DNA of 63,337 bases, the filler included, from Bigelowiella natans CCMP2755 (taxonomy: Eukaryota > Protista > Cercozoa): NCBI GenBank assembly GCA_000320545.1. It is 5 parts of 5 records of this genome, joined end to end, with 100 filler letters (N's around TTAATTAATTAA, not from the genome) between each part and the next. Parts side by side here need not be neighbours in the genome. Positions count along the whole stretch, not along the records: positions 30,333 to 55,384 come from ADNK01003050.1; 4 more parts are not named here. One strand, written 5' to 3'. Positions 37,490 through 54,796 of the stretch are shown piece after piece; positions within the stretch are counted from its first letter, which is position 1; every line of letters starts with the position of its first letter. The translations under genes were made by a program, and so were the position numbers. The notes below the pieces were generated by a model. That model made no database searches and was not told the DNA's origin. It was given only the letters and a program-made list of their open reading frames with translations.

Positions 37490-39680
37490 ACAACTGACTA
37501 CAACTGAAAATTCAAAATGATTGGCGGGATAGAGAGAGTCATTACAAATACATAAGTGAAACACATCTATGCTGCATACACGCGCGACACACACACACAC
37601 ACACAAACAAACAACACACACACACACACACATTACACACACGCACATAACGTCTAGTATATTTACATATCTGAAACATCTACATCTAAGAAAGAAGAAA
37701 TGACGTTATACAAACGCAAACATCGTAAACTTTTCATTAGGTATTTTCCTTGCTTGACGCCCCTCTTTATTAGAAGCAAGTTACCTCAAGATCAGTACTT
37801 CCAGTGATAGATATGCTCTTTTTCGGTCTCGTCTCGACGATATCAAGCCTGCCCAAAACACCCCAAAAATTGAGCTCACAAGGATGCTATATGACTTGGT
37901 TTTCCTCCGGCGAATATATGAACAAGGTACATGTCTACGGGGTAAAAGAGTATTCAATAGCGACGACGGAAAGAAGATGAGAGACGACCAGTAGCGGATG
38001 CTTCCTTGCGAGATCACTAAAAAAACATATTCCATAACATGCGCCTTACAATTCCGATTGCCGCGTTGTAAAATAATGAAGAATGTGAGCAAACATTAGA
38101 CCTCCCTCCCAAACGCTACGTGGTTTTCTTTGCACATTTTTCTTTATATATGAGCCGCTTTAGCACATATTTGTTTCTACACCGTTATTCCACAGCGCTA
38201 GGTTCTACATAATATCACCTATGGTTGAGTTTTCTCTGAGCACAGAATAGGACCGAAAGCACGATTCTAGGATATACCTGCATCGAGTGTGGGGTTAAAA
38301 AAAAACCCTCCGGTTAGTGCTCTCATCAATATCAATTCTTCAATACGCAATGTAATCAACGTACGTAAGATTTTATTTATATGTCTGGCCTGTGATTTGT
38401 GGGGGGAAAGGGGGGGGAGGGGGATAGAGCGGTAGGGAGAGATGGCAAGTCTTTAGTTACTTGGGCCCAAGCTTCGCGAGCATATCAGTGAACCGAAAAT
38501 CGTGTGGTCTTATCTTGCAAAATGTGCCTGTTTCAGCAGGGATTCCATAAAGAAAATACATTGGTATGAATGCATTGAAGGAAGCTAATGTTTTAATGGA
38601 AGGTAGGCTGCTACCTTGTGGAGGGGGCTTGATGCTGCATACGTGACAATCATCGCCTTCCTTTATCTTGAGGACCTCCTGTTTCATGGCGCGCAGATGT
38701 GCAAGTAAAATTGTGAAGTTTAGAAATCCAATAACGCGATTGAGATCTGGCTCAAGGGAGCTTCGATGACCGACAATGCTCTCATAAAAAACGGCATTGA
38801 TGTCATCAGGCAGGCATGAACATACGCGTCCTTCTTTAGTAGTTTACGCGCTTAATAAGGTGGCCATTCACACGGAACCCTTCGCGTAAATAGGCTAATG
38901 AAATGCAAGAGACATATATTTACTTAGATATTTGGGTCTCACCATGATCCATTGGGGAACGTAAACACACTTGGGTTCAGCGACGAATTCCAGGACTCCG
39001 CACAGCTGCCGGCCATTAGTGGGTGCTGCTACTGCCTTCTTCGATTGGATGCTCTTTGCTTCTTCGCGAGTCACTTTTTGGCTAGATGCTATGTGTTTTT
39101 TATCGGATGTTCTTGGATCGCCCCCGCCCTCTACGGACGAAGACGAGCGAAGCTTGAAGAAGAGAGGGAAGGACAGCTTCAGGCCGTTGATCTTCCTGAA
39201 AAGTAATTATTGGTCACACACGCATCTTGGCTTGAGACGTATGAATAGAAGGAATGGGGATTGCACACTTGAAAGCATCTTGAGGGAGGATGATTTTGTC
39301 CGAAGCATAATCCAGCTCCCCGCGGCCGACACATCCGGTGGAGAAACACCTTTTTTTGCACAAAATGGGCATGCGGGCAAGACCAACCAAACGACAAGAG
39401 AGTATCATCTAAGAAGGAAAAATCATGGACGAGCTCGCTTTTTTGTGAGAGAAGAAAGAGCCTCGCTTTATTTATCCCAAAATAACTCTTTGTGGCATTA
39501 AATTCTGTACAGGACTTACCGATATTGTCCTTGGAATTGTCTGCCTGCCCCGGAATTGGGATAAGAAACCTCCCTTCGTCTAGTATTATTCGAAGCGCGG
39601 ATGTTCTGTGCATCTCTGCCCCTCCTTCGCCTTCCAGATGAGTTTGCAGGGCCCCCTCTCTTCTTCGCCCGACTACTCAT
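31883..39680 (-). CDS. UFD1-like (UT3) domain protein with a UIM-like motif and TRAFD1/XAF1-type zinc fingers, many small exons
   Basis: UFD1 exons: ASDKIILPQDAF / KINGLKLSFPLFFKL / QLCGVLEFVAEPKCVYVPQWIM / EVLKIKEGD / GTFCKIRPHD / YILESCFRSYSVLRENSTI / RLDIVETRPKKSISITGSTDLE. These are followed by EELEQDLINKAIALSR and zinc fingers CQICNKRIPK-ANFSMHSLHC, HELSCPESSQICSCGQSVKRKDMEEHLQRHC and CSFCKLFFPHKDIEQHQ-AYCGSRTNQCELC. A single-gene model is inferred. Confidence 0.75.
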
Positions 39681-40547
39681 AAGCTTAGTCTCTGAAAAAC
39701 AGTAAAACAGTATCATTAAATGATGAACTGCCAATACCGTGGAGGACACTGAGGCGAGTTGCTCGCCCTGGTTTTATACCACCTCCATATTGCAAGAAAT
39801 CCTGACCACAGTGGCGTATTCTGGCCCTACCGGAGGGAGGAGGGAGAGAGACGAAGCTAAGGCAACGGTTACGTTCCCGAGCAACTAAAAACGGGAAGTT
39901 TTCGAATTTCGCACGGAATAAATTGACGCAGACAATTTCTAGGATTTTCGTTCAAACTTCTTCTATGGCAATCGTCCGTTCACAGCTTCAGCGCAGGGAG
40001 CGGGTGCATATTTTGAAGAAAAGTGAGATGTTTTCAGCCTGGAAAAAGTCCCAAAATGTCACTCAATCGAGCTCCCGGCGTGAACGAGGCAGGGTTTCGG
40101 TTCGGAATAGCATGGTTTTTCTCCTTGCGACAAGGATCTGAATAGATACCCAAATCGTGCGTCGGAAGGCTCGCCGACCCGGAAAACAGCTTGTAAATCT
40201 AAACTGCGGGCTGAATCGAGGAGGTTTATTCTCTGCGTCAATAAAAAAGTTTGTCGTTTCGATGTTTCCCGCAATATTTTCGCGTCCTATCAGTCCTACT
40301 TCGGTCTGAATAAATGTGCTACTTCGGTGCTCGCAGGCGTTAAGCGCGGCGGAAAAAAGTCCCATCGCACGTGCCGCACCGCCGTGCGTTTACACTGGGT
40401 GACTCGTGCTGGGAGGGTGGAGAGGTAGGGAGAAGGGGTTAGTGGAGCCGGGTGCCGAGAGATTACAGGTGGGAATCTCCCATAATCGATTGGATCGAAT
40501 AATGCGTTTTAGAGGGAGAAATGGGTATATACGGCAATTTATCGAAC

Positions 40548-41694
40548 ATGCGATGAGTATCTTCACTGTAGTAGCTGACCACGTTGCTATACTGGTTATT
40601 ACCACCCTGGCCAATTTCCACGAGCAGATGATGACACCTGTGTCGCATGTGGATCCCTACGTCAAGTCGTCAACTGAATCGCATGACCCCTTTGAAATTC
40701 CAAGAGAGGTATTGAATATAAATGTGAATGGAATCATGCCTGTCCTGGAACAGTCGTGAAATGTACATCGTGATCACTCGAGCTTGAATAACACTGGGAA
40801 ATAGCATTCAATGACATTTCGGGAGGAATGCGCTGTCTATGCTAATTTTTGAGATTGCTGCCCCCGCCTATTGATGTTGTAGGATTTCGAGGAGTATGAT
40901 AGAGACAGAGACGGCGTGCTTAGCCAGAAAGTCGGTCATGATGATAATGATGTTTTCCGCATGCCTCAATTATGTTGTTGTTTGCGTGTGTGTTTGGTTC
41001 GAGCGTGTGTGTTTTTGTTCTGTATGAATACGTTTGCACGTGCATAAAATTCTCGCTTGAGGTGTGTAAGATTCCAAAGTATCATCCTCCTCTTTCTGAT
41101 TCTTCTTCCTCTCACTGCATGGGATGGCGACGGCCAACGAATAGGAATTCCACAGAGCCTTGTTGCGCAGATACGGATATTGTGTTCTCGGTTATTCGCA
41201 ACTCATCATGGATACGTTTGGTAGTGACGACCTTATATAACATAGAATATCTACCAGACAAAAGGATTGATAGCTAGAAAATCGTTCAGTGAAACTCAAA
41301 AACAATTATGCACAGTATATCTTCTATCTATCTTATGTTTCCACATGTACATTCTCACCGCCCCTGCTCCTGCTCCTGCTCTTGGATGCGTAAAGATTCA
41401 AAAAAGGATGGAAAGGTTGTTGCCTGAGACGATATGTACATGAAGGCTTCCAAGCCTTTCTCCATTCTCTCTCTTTCCCTCAATGCCTGTGTGTATAGTG
41501 TGGTATTTCGAACGAAATACCACACGGAGGACTTCTCAGCAAAGTTGCATTATGGAAAGCAAAATTGCAGTAGCAGAAACAGCGTTGATATATATATATA
41601 TATGCAACTCCTCGTGACTTGTTCGCGTGCACGCCAGATTGACTTTGAAGAGTACTTGGAGTTCTATGCTGCGGACAGAAAGGTTGGAAACTAA
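40548..41694 (+). CDS. Small EF-hand calcium-binding protein, multi-exon
   Basis: Exons DFEEYDRDRDGVLSQK-EFHRALL and DSKKDGK-IDFEEYLEFYAAD form two EF-hand loops. The start is uncertain. Confidence 0.65.
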
Positions 41695-41980
41695 GTGCTA
41701 GATTACATTCAGAATCATTCATTCCTTGAATTGTTTGCTTCCACTCCTTCACGTACATAGGCTGATAATGAAACGAAGGAAGATCTTGTGAATACCTTTT
41801 CTAACACACACACAAAACCACACGCGCACGCGCGCGTGCGCATACGTATACACATATTCAAGCATACACGCAAGTATACGCAAACACACGCAAACATTTA
41901 AATTTACACATTCGAAGGCAAATCTTAGCTTATTTTCGATGATCAAGAATTGTTAAAAGTTACAGAAAGGAAGCAACAAT

Positions 41981-42026
<46 letters not shown>

Positions 42027-42179
42027 TCTCTCTCTTTCTCGCTTTCTCTCTCTCTCTCTCTCTCGCTCGCTCTCTTCTCATTCCTCTTTTTCTTCCTACA
42101 TCATTTTCCCTCTATTGAAAGAATATAGCCAATAGCAGCTCCATACCACCATTTCATGTTACGACATGTCGGATGCTTC

Positions 42180-46744
<4,565 letters not shown>

Positions 46745-47703
46745 CGTCGCATTCGTAACTCGCCCGGTCTCAGTGGCTGATTGTAACACGACGTTTAGAG
46801 CAATGTGAAGAATCAACTGCGAACATTCGGTCTATACTATAAACGGTCCAAAACCTTTGGCCAACAGAGCTTGGAACAGGGGGCAATGGTCCTTTAGCAT
46901 CTTTAGAGAATTGCCCATTCGAATCATCGTAACCTTCTGATTTCCACCCTATGAACGAGCTCAGTCAGCAAAAACGGGAGATTCGCGATCAAATGAATAT
47001 CAGATGTTTAACACACCTTGCAGTCAGCCCCTAGCGGGGCTATCAAGCGGACGGATTCAGACTCCATCGTGCCTGAGAAGGTCCTCGGGGATGTACGTGC
47101 GGGGGACGAGCCTGCAGGCGCAATTTCGGCAAATTGTTGAGCCGAGCTTGACCGAACATCGCGAATACGTTCCGAATATACGGAAAAACATTCGGATTTA
47201 TCTCTGCGACAACCAAATATACATTCCGAAGGATTCTGGAAGTTTTCTTCTGACATCTGCGGCATGATATGGGGGTTTTATTTGTTCGAGTTAAACGAGT
47301 TCGAGTTTTGGTTGTTGTCGCAATATGTAAATGGGATCCAGCCGTAGTTTTAGGTAAAAATATCATGCATGAAACGCGGTCCATAGAAACGAAGTAGATC
47401 TTAGTGTCGCAAGCGTCTGAAAAAGAGAAAAAAACACTAAAAAAATTACGAACACACAATTCCGTCTCGCATTTTCTACGTACGCCAATCGTCCTAGGTG
47501 CATCAGGGAAAAATTCGCCTCAAAACCCAATCACCCGTACTCGGGTGCTCTGCCGTGCGATTTGCAATTGCAAACGCAAGTTGCACCCGTGCCTTCAGAC
47601 GATGAAGTCGCGTGAAATAGACCGCCTTCTTTCAAGCCCTTGACTGGCTAAACATCGGACGGAAACCCTTCCCACCGGAACTCACACAACTCAAACAGAA
47701 GTC

Positions 47704-48358
47704 ATGGCTTGCGCCGATGCAACCGACGACGTCAGGGTCGCATCTCTCAGTGCCGAAGGCACACGCTCGCACCTCTATCAGCACCGAATTGGCAAGCTGA
47801 AGCTCGAGAAGAAGCCCGTCTCCTTGCCCAAGTCTATCACATTCGGCGTCGAAATCGAGTTCTGCACTGCGCACAGCCGAAAGACATTGAAGAAAAAATT
47901 GAAAGCAAAAGGGATCGAGTGTGTGCTTGGAGGAAAGAACATGGATGCGAAGGGAGCATGGAAGATTACTCAGGACAGGAGCATCAGCTGCGGTGAGAGC
48001 AAAGGAAGCATCAAGTGCGAACGTCCGATTGAACTCGTCAGCCCCATCCTCAAAGGTGAGAGAGGCATGAAGAGCCTGCAAGCAGTGCTTGCAGTCGTAA
48101 ATTCAGCAAAGAATGCGATCAACAAGACCATGGGACTGCACGTTCACATCGGGGTTAAGGAATTTTCTCTCGAGGAAAAGGCACGAATATGTCAGCAGTT
48201 TGTCATGTTTGAGGTACAATTGTTGGTGTGGAAGGATTCAGGGTTTGAGAGAGAGATTGGTGAACACAGAGCACAAACCAAAGGGACAAGTGTAGCATTT
48301 GAAGTATGATGTAATTATTCTTTATAATATCAAAAATACCGATATAACGTTGACTAAA

Positions 48359-48398
<40 letters not shown>

Positions 48399-49387
48399 CG
48401 CTCTCTTCCTCTTCTTTTCCTCTGTCTGTCTGTCTATTCGTTTGTGTGCGTGTGTGCTTTGTGTGTGTATTGTGTGTGCACATGCAGGAAGCATTCGATC
48501 TAGTCGTTCCTCCAAGTAGACGATCCAATATAAATTGTTACGCGAAAAGCAACGCCAAAAACTTTGTCTTGCAACAACTATCACAAGAGGATAAACACGA
48601 GGTATTAGGCTCTGTAGAGCAATTTAAATATCTGTGCTCTTTGATGAACTACCCAGGCGACGACCGCTACTTCAAGCTCAATATATTAGCCTTCGAAAAA
48701 CACGGAACGTTTGAATTTCGACAGCACGCAGGCACCACCGACTTCATCAAGATTAGTTACTGGATTCGGCTGCTAGTTAAGTTCTGTTCCCATGCCAAAG
48801 TAGTACCTCCGGGGACATCTATCGTCAAGTCGACAAACCCCCATGAAAAGTTGAAATATCTTCTGAAGCACGTGATAAAGGACGGAGCACTGACGGATCA
48901 CTTCCTTGCAAGGGCTGCAGCTTTTGTAGGCGCAAGATCTGAGGGAAAATATACAAAGTCTGAGAAAAAAGATACAAAGTCTGAGAAAATAAAGAGAGTC
49001 AACGATTTTTTCGCTGGGAAGTCTAAGCTCGAAGCTTTGAGGGAAATGTGTGAAAATCTTTTCCCATACGCGTCTCCGGTTGGTAGTTCGTGCCCTGAAG
49101 AGATGCTAAGCAGTATCACACAATGCAAGAACTATCTAGAAAGCATTTACGTCAACATATTTGATTATGTAGCTGTTTTTGACATCTGCATCGACGACGA
49201 CTGCTACAAGGCTTCGACAGCTCCATTCTTTTTGGATCACGTTCAGCAGCAAGTAGAGAACAAATTAAAGCCAAAGCTCATTTGCAAAAACAGAGCAGCT
49301 TTTCGAGCACGCTGCAAAAAAATTGGATGCTTTCCGAAAGAGAAAGCAAAATCCTCAACACTGAAATTTCTCTTAAAGCACCTATAA
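47704..49387 (+). CDS. Putative amidoligase (Amidoligase_2, COOH-NH2 ligase type 2), two exons, about 469 aa
   Basis: Motifs ITFGVEIEF, WKITQDRSI, IELVSPILKG, NKTMGLHVHIG, FE-EAFDLVVPPSRR, RYFKLN and HGTFEFRQHAGTTD. A phase-0 GT-AG intron at 48214-48487 joins the two ORFs. Confidence 0.88.
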
Positions 49388-49499
49388 GGAAAAGGTACGA
49401 TCCTGATCACAGATGTGTTTCTTGAATAATGCATGGCACTTTATGTGGTAATATAAATAGATTTCACAGCGCGAGCGCCAACGTACGTGCTTTGTCGTG

Positions 49500-49830
49500 C
49501 AGTTGCACTATCGGCTGTCTAGCTAGCTAGCTGTCTAGCCGTCTAGCTTGTGTGGCGCACTTCACTGCCATGCAATGCTATAATGACGATGACACAGCCA
49601 CTGCCATATAGCTAGATCAGTCAAGCTGCTGGCTGCATGTGTGCGCTGTTCATCAATCTAGCAATGATTGCGCAAAACACATCTAGCTGCTGCTAGCAGA
49701 TGCATGTGAACTGTTGACAAACTAACTCGTGCACCACAATGGAGCATGGCTAGATGGTTCTACTTAGCTGCCTAGCTAGCTGCTTGCTTTTAGGCTATGC
49801 ACTCTAGCTAGCTAGCGTAGCGCTGTTCGT
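49500..49830. repeat. CTAG/AGCT-rich tract between convergent genes
   Basis: gtctagctagctagctgtctagc and ctctagctagctagcgtagc. Confidence 0.75.
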
Positions 49831-50229
49831 AAAAGGGCATCATTTGAGTTTGCCGATGATGACATCGCTTCGTTTTCTCCGTGCGTACTTGTTTCACGTT
49901 CAATGCACATTTGTGATTTTGCCCATGTGAATGCCTCTCACCGTTCTTTTTTGATTTAAAAGCCATGTCGCGTCTGGAATACGGCAAGAATAAACCGCCT
50001 GCGTCGTCCACCAACTATCACTGCATGCAGCTAACAATAACCCTTCGCATCGAGTGAACACGATGTATTACTTCTGAAAAACATCTGGACTTGCGACAGA
50101 TACACATGCATGATGAGTATGTAACAACTCCTGCTTTCAGGCGCTCGCTGCTGGATATTGTCCTTAACAGTAGCACTCCAAAACACAAAGTAACTTTGAT
50201 GCACCTGGAGAAGGCGTGCTGCTAACGAT

Positions 50230-51368
50230 TTACTGCTGCGGTGGCGGCGGCTGTTCCCCAACAGCCAGTTTCTAATTGATGATGGCGAGGCAGGATAAGT
50301 CAATGGGGGGGCAAAAGACGATGGTGATGATTGGTTGATGATGGATGATTCGATGTGCTAGCAGTAGTAAGTAGGAACGACGTAATCATCATCCTATCAT
50401 CACATCATCATCATGATGACGTTTTCGGCTCGGTTTGATGCGAGACCTGCATAATCATTCGGTTATCATCATCACTATTGCCATTTTTTTCATTGCAATT
50501 AGCTTCGTAGTAGCCGCCGTTATTTATATATTTTTTCTAAAAAAAGGAGTCGCGACGAGATGCGAGAAAAAAGGCCACCATCCTCGGACACGAATTCCGG
50601 AGGAGAGGACGCGAGGAAAGGGGGGGGTGGGGGGGGGGCAAAGCTCTCGAATGAAGTAAAGACGAGGCAGGGGGAAAGCTACATAAATGGATGATCGAAA
50701 GAGCCACCTTCCTTTCTTTTGCGGGGTTATTTGTCACCACCACATCTCTTTATCATCATCGTCACCATCATTACTACCACTCATGACATCATTATTCATT
50801 CACTCAAGCAGTACCGCAGCCGCTGCCTCCCTCTGAGCCGCGAGCAGCGTGGACATGTCGACTTGCGAGGCGAGCGGCCGGTTCTCCAGCCCCTGCGGCT
50901 GACCCGCGGAGATATCGTGCCATTGGAACCCATCCCAAAACCTCGTCGGGGTAGGATTGACGTTGCGTTTGCGCCTTCTGTTTTTTTAACGAAACACACA
51001 CACCGTACGAATCAGCAGTGGCAGGAGCACCGACGAGGGCAAGAAAACAAAGACGTGTTTTCGAAAAACACAGCGAGGCTCGCCTCCGTTTTAGCGGGCG
51101 CCATTCCGACTCGGGCTAGAATAGATAATAATATCTTCTTTTCTAGGTTATTATTCATCACCGCTCTTCTTCACTGTCGTCAGAGGAATCGTCTCTCCTG
51201 CGCCTCCTCCGTTCCCTCTTACGCCTTCGGCGGCCGCGGTCACGGCTTGGAGAAGAGTTCCGAAAGAAAAAGACAGATGGCGTGGAGAAGGCATCAGGAG
51301 GACGGCCATACAAGTGGATTGGGACACACGCACACACGCACGCACGCACGCACGCACGCACGCACACG

Positions 51369-51414
<46 letters not shown>

Positions 51415-52230
51415 CTCCATGGAAGACCATACGATCGAAATGGCCACCATCACCACCACCACCACCTCTACTCCTTCGAAAAGCAGTTATACGGGAGCGG
51501 GGGACGTACCTCCTGCTACTTCGTCTTCGTCGCCCCCTGTCTCTGCTGTCGCTCCGGCGCCTTCTACTACGTGATCTTTTCTTCTTACGACGCTTCGAGC
51601 GGCGGTCACTGTCGCTAGCATCGTCATCGTCGTCATCGTTTTTCTTTCGATCTTTCTCACCGTCGTCTTTGTCCCCCTTCTCGCCCCCCTTCTCTCCTCC
51701 TCCTCCTCCCTTCGCAGCTTCTCCATTAGCATCCGCTGAGGGGGCGGCTGCTGCCTCCCCCCCCTCCTTCATCCTCTCCACTACGAACGGTCTATCGTTG
51801 GGCAAGGAGTCAGCCGTTTCTCTCTCACGGAGCTGGGCGCGCGGATTGTACGGGGAGAAACGGGATGGAAATGAAAATGAGTACGAGTTGTGCACACCTG
51901 TCCCCCAATTCTGTGCCCGAGAGCGACACTGCAGCATCTGCTTCGTCGGCAGTTTTGAACTCGATTGTGAGCTGTCGATTAATTACAACAACCATCAGAA
52001 TCTTCCCTCCCCTCTTTAGATAAGGGAGATAAGGGCGGACGATGCGTGTGCGATGTGTTTGGAGGAAGGTGCGCGCTGTGCCCCACCATTTGAGAATCCC
52101 CGTTCTTCGCCTCTCCATCCTTTGTCATCGCAGACATTGTGACGATCGTCCCAAACGAATTGAAGAGATCCCTAAAGTGTTGCGAGAGAAAGCATTATTA
52201 ATTTCCACGCTCAGCGAGGAGATGGACATC
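50230..52230 (-). CDS. RRM plus RS-rich protein, probable splicing factor, multi-exon
   Basis: RRM pieces DLFNSFGTIV / LTIEFKTADEADAAVSLSGTELGDR-PFVVE, an RS/RD-rich tract, and a C-terminal exon PTRFWDGFQWHDI. The first and last exons are uncertain. Confidence 0.7.
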
Positions 52231-53698
52231 GAATATATATACACGTCTATGGTTGTAATCGCTCTTTCTCTATGCGGATTACTATCGGATCCAGCCGAAG
52301 AAAATACGAGTTCGTAGCGAAGCCATCATGTCACAACATTCTGCATAACTCACTTGAGATGCTCAGCATTCACGAGGGAGCTTATATTGGTGACTTTGAT
52401 CTAATTGGTTTGTAAAGAGCCAGACACAACATGTGAGAACGGTGTCCATCCGCTTGCTTTTATTATGGAGCTAGGATTATGACTCTCTGTCCCGAAAGTC
52501 GACCAGAAATATAACATACACGCATGCGAGAAACAGAAATACGCACATGCTTAGTTTTATATCTAAATAGGCCCTCAAAAAATCCATCACACGGTAAATT
52601 TGAACAAAAGGAGAACTACGCTTCGGCGTTGCGCAACACACGCGCGAGTGAAGTGCGCATATGCCCTAGGAGGCATACACAGGTACACAATCTCCATCGC
52701 CTCTCACGAAAAAAAAACGAAAAAGATTCCGGATAGCAACAGCTTCAAACATTCATGGTCTCCATTCCCCAGCACTAGTTCTATTCTCTTTCGCGCCCGG
52801 CAGGGCCCATCCCACCTTCGGCATGGCAGTTTCAGATAAGTACCTAATACTTTATACACAATAAAATTACAGAAAGCAATACGATTTAGTTAAATAATAT
52901 AATATTTTAGTATAATTAATGAATTTGACAGGCACAATCTGTCTCCCGTAAACATATATATTCTAAAAGCTACTTGCCTCTGAAAAGTAAGACTTAAAAT
53001 ATTATTTCGAATCATGGCGAAAGAAAGCTAATACGAACGTTTTACTTCTCGAAAAATTGTCTGTTCGAAGAAATGTTGTAATTTATCACAGATAGAAAAG
53101 GTAGAATATAATTCTAGGCTGACTTAGGCTTGATTCGCGAAAATTTCTGTCTTAAGCAGAATCTGGGATGAATCAAGGGGATTTTGTGTCCTTTATATTT
53201 CCAGGAATTGAGCATTTCTCCAAATTCGCATCGCATCCACCACAGTAAGTGTCAGCATATTTTAAAATATTTGACGAGAATTATTACCAATGTTTCTTAC
53301 ATATGAGCTACATTTGAGCATTAAATTTGTGATTTAGCCTCCTTTTTACTTATCAGTAATGATCTAACATCACAGGAAAACCTTACTCTGTCTGAACTTT
53401 TTACATTCCATAATCAACGAACCTTGTCGGCATTTTTGATATCCATTGAATCCCGTTGATATAATATTAAATTGTGATATTTTACATGTCTCTTTTAAAA
53501 TATAGACTATAATTTGAATTATATATAATATACCGAGAAGCATAATATGTATTAAACGAAAGAGGGGGCAGCACTTCCTACTCCCTGCCCTCACCCCTGA
53601 ACAAGGACAACTCCAACCTCTGAACTGTAGACGTGTTCGCTGAAAGCAGCTTGCAGGATTGGCCGTCCCATCACAAAATTATTTATACGTAAGGGAAT

Positions 53699-54304
53699 AT
53701 GTCGACTCTTCTCCATCATAAGCGTCGATTCCATGCAAGTGGGGACGGAAGCCCAAAGCCCAAATGCTCACCAGGAAAGATACAGTTTCTGAGCTTGGAA
53801 GATATTCGCCGAAAACGCCAACGATTTACAATGGGTGGTATGGAAAGTGATTCATCCAAAAGGATTAGTTTCGATGTGAAAAGTACTCCTCCACCATCCG
53901 CAGGGAAAACATTGCGGCAACCATTGACGAGTATTAAGAGATCAAGGTCCGGCAATGCTATGGAAACTGAGGAGGAACAAACATCCAAACGTCTGAGGTG
54001 TCTAGACGGTTCTAAGAATGAAAATTTAAAGAAAAATGATTCCAATCCTTTCATTGCGGACGTCAAAGTAAACTGGAAAGGAGCCCCTTCGAAAGCTTCA
54101 AACAAGAAAAAGAAGTACTACACTGAAGAGCAGGTTAAGAAAATTGTTCAGACAGCACTCACGGATCAAGAAGAAAAGCTCCGTGAACAATACAATAAGA
54201 TATTGAACGACCGCTTAGCTGAGCAATTCGAAAATTTTACGAGTTTCAATAAAGACTACGTTTACCGTCAAATGAATCGGAAGGCTTGCAGCTACGTCTC
54301 GTAA
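53699..54304 (+). CDS. AKIRIN: Akirin homolog, intronless
   Basis: The C-terminus YTEEQVKKIV...QEEKLREQYNKILNDRLAEQFENFTSFNKDYVYRQM...SYVS matches the akirin signature. There are basic NLS-like motifs (HKRR, RRKRQR). Confidence 0.88.
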   Translation: MSTLLHHKRRFHASGDGSPKPKCSPGKIQFLSLEDIRRKRQRFTMGGMESDSSKRISFDVKSTPPPSAGKTLRQPLTSIKRSRSGNAMETEEEQTSKRLRCLDGSKNENLKKNDSNPFIADVKVNWKGAPSKASNKKKKYYTEEQVKKIVQTALTDQEEKLREQYNKILNDRLAEQFENFTSFNKDYVYRQMNRKACSYVS

Positions 54305-54796
54305 AAAAGGCGTTCAATCCAAGACTTCTTTACAACCAACTGAATTTAATGTGCATTGTGGAAAGAGCGTCTATACATGTATAGTTTTTAGAAATAGAGC
54401 AATATTTTGCTTCGTAGCCCAGAGTCATCGATCAATGGTATTAGTCCGCAAACTGTCCGGGAATCCAAATTTAAAGCTACAACTGTGTTTGTCACACTTG
54501 ATGTTTGCAAATCAATCGTAACTTCTAATAAATTTGATATCCAGTAATTTGATAACGTGAAATGTATACGACTGTACGGTCCGCGCTCGCAATATTATTA
54601 GCCCTCCAAAATAAGTGAACAATCTGCGCACCATGCGTGATCATTGAACTCTTTATTTTTCCACACGCTAGCTGCGAGGGCTAATCTATTAATTATACTA
54701 AGTGGTCAGTTGCATGTAACAGTGAGCACTAGAGCATTGCAATGGTGTTCACTACACTAGCTACTAGCATGGCTAGTGCATGCCATGCTAGCTAGC

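Noticed and set aside
46950-47460. Short overlapping ORFs upstream of the amidoligase, considered as a possible partner gene (GATase/GGCT)
   Set aside because: No recognisable motif in any frame I read, so a call cannot be supported.
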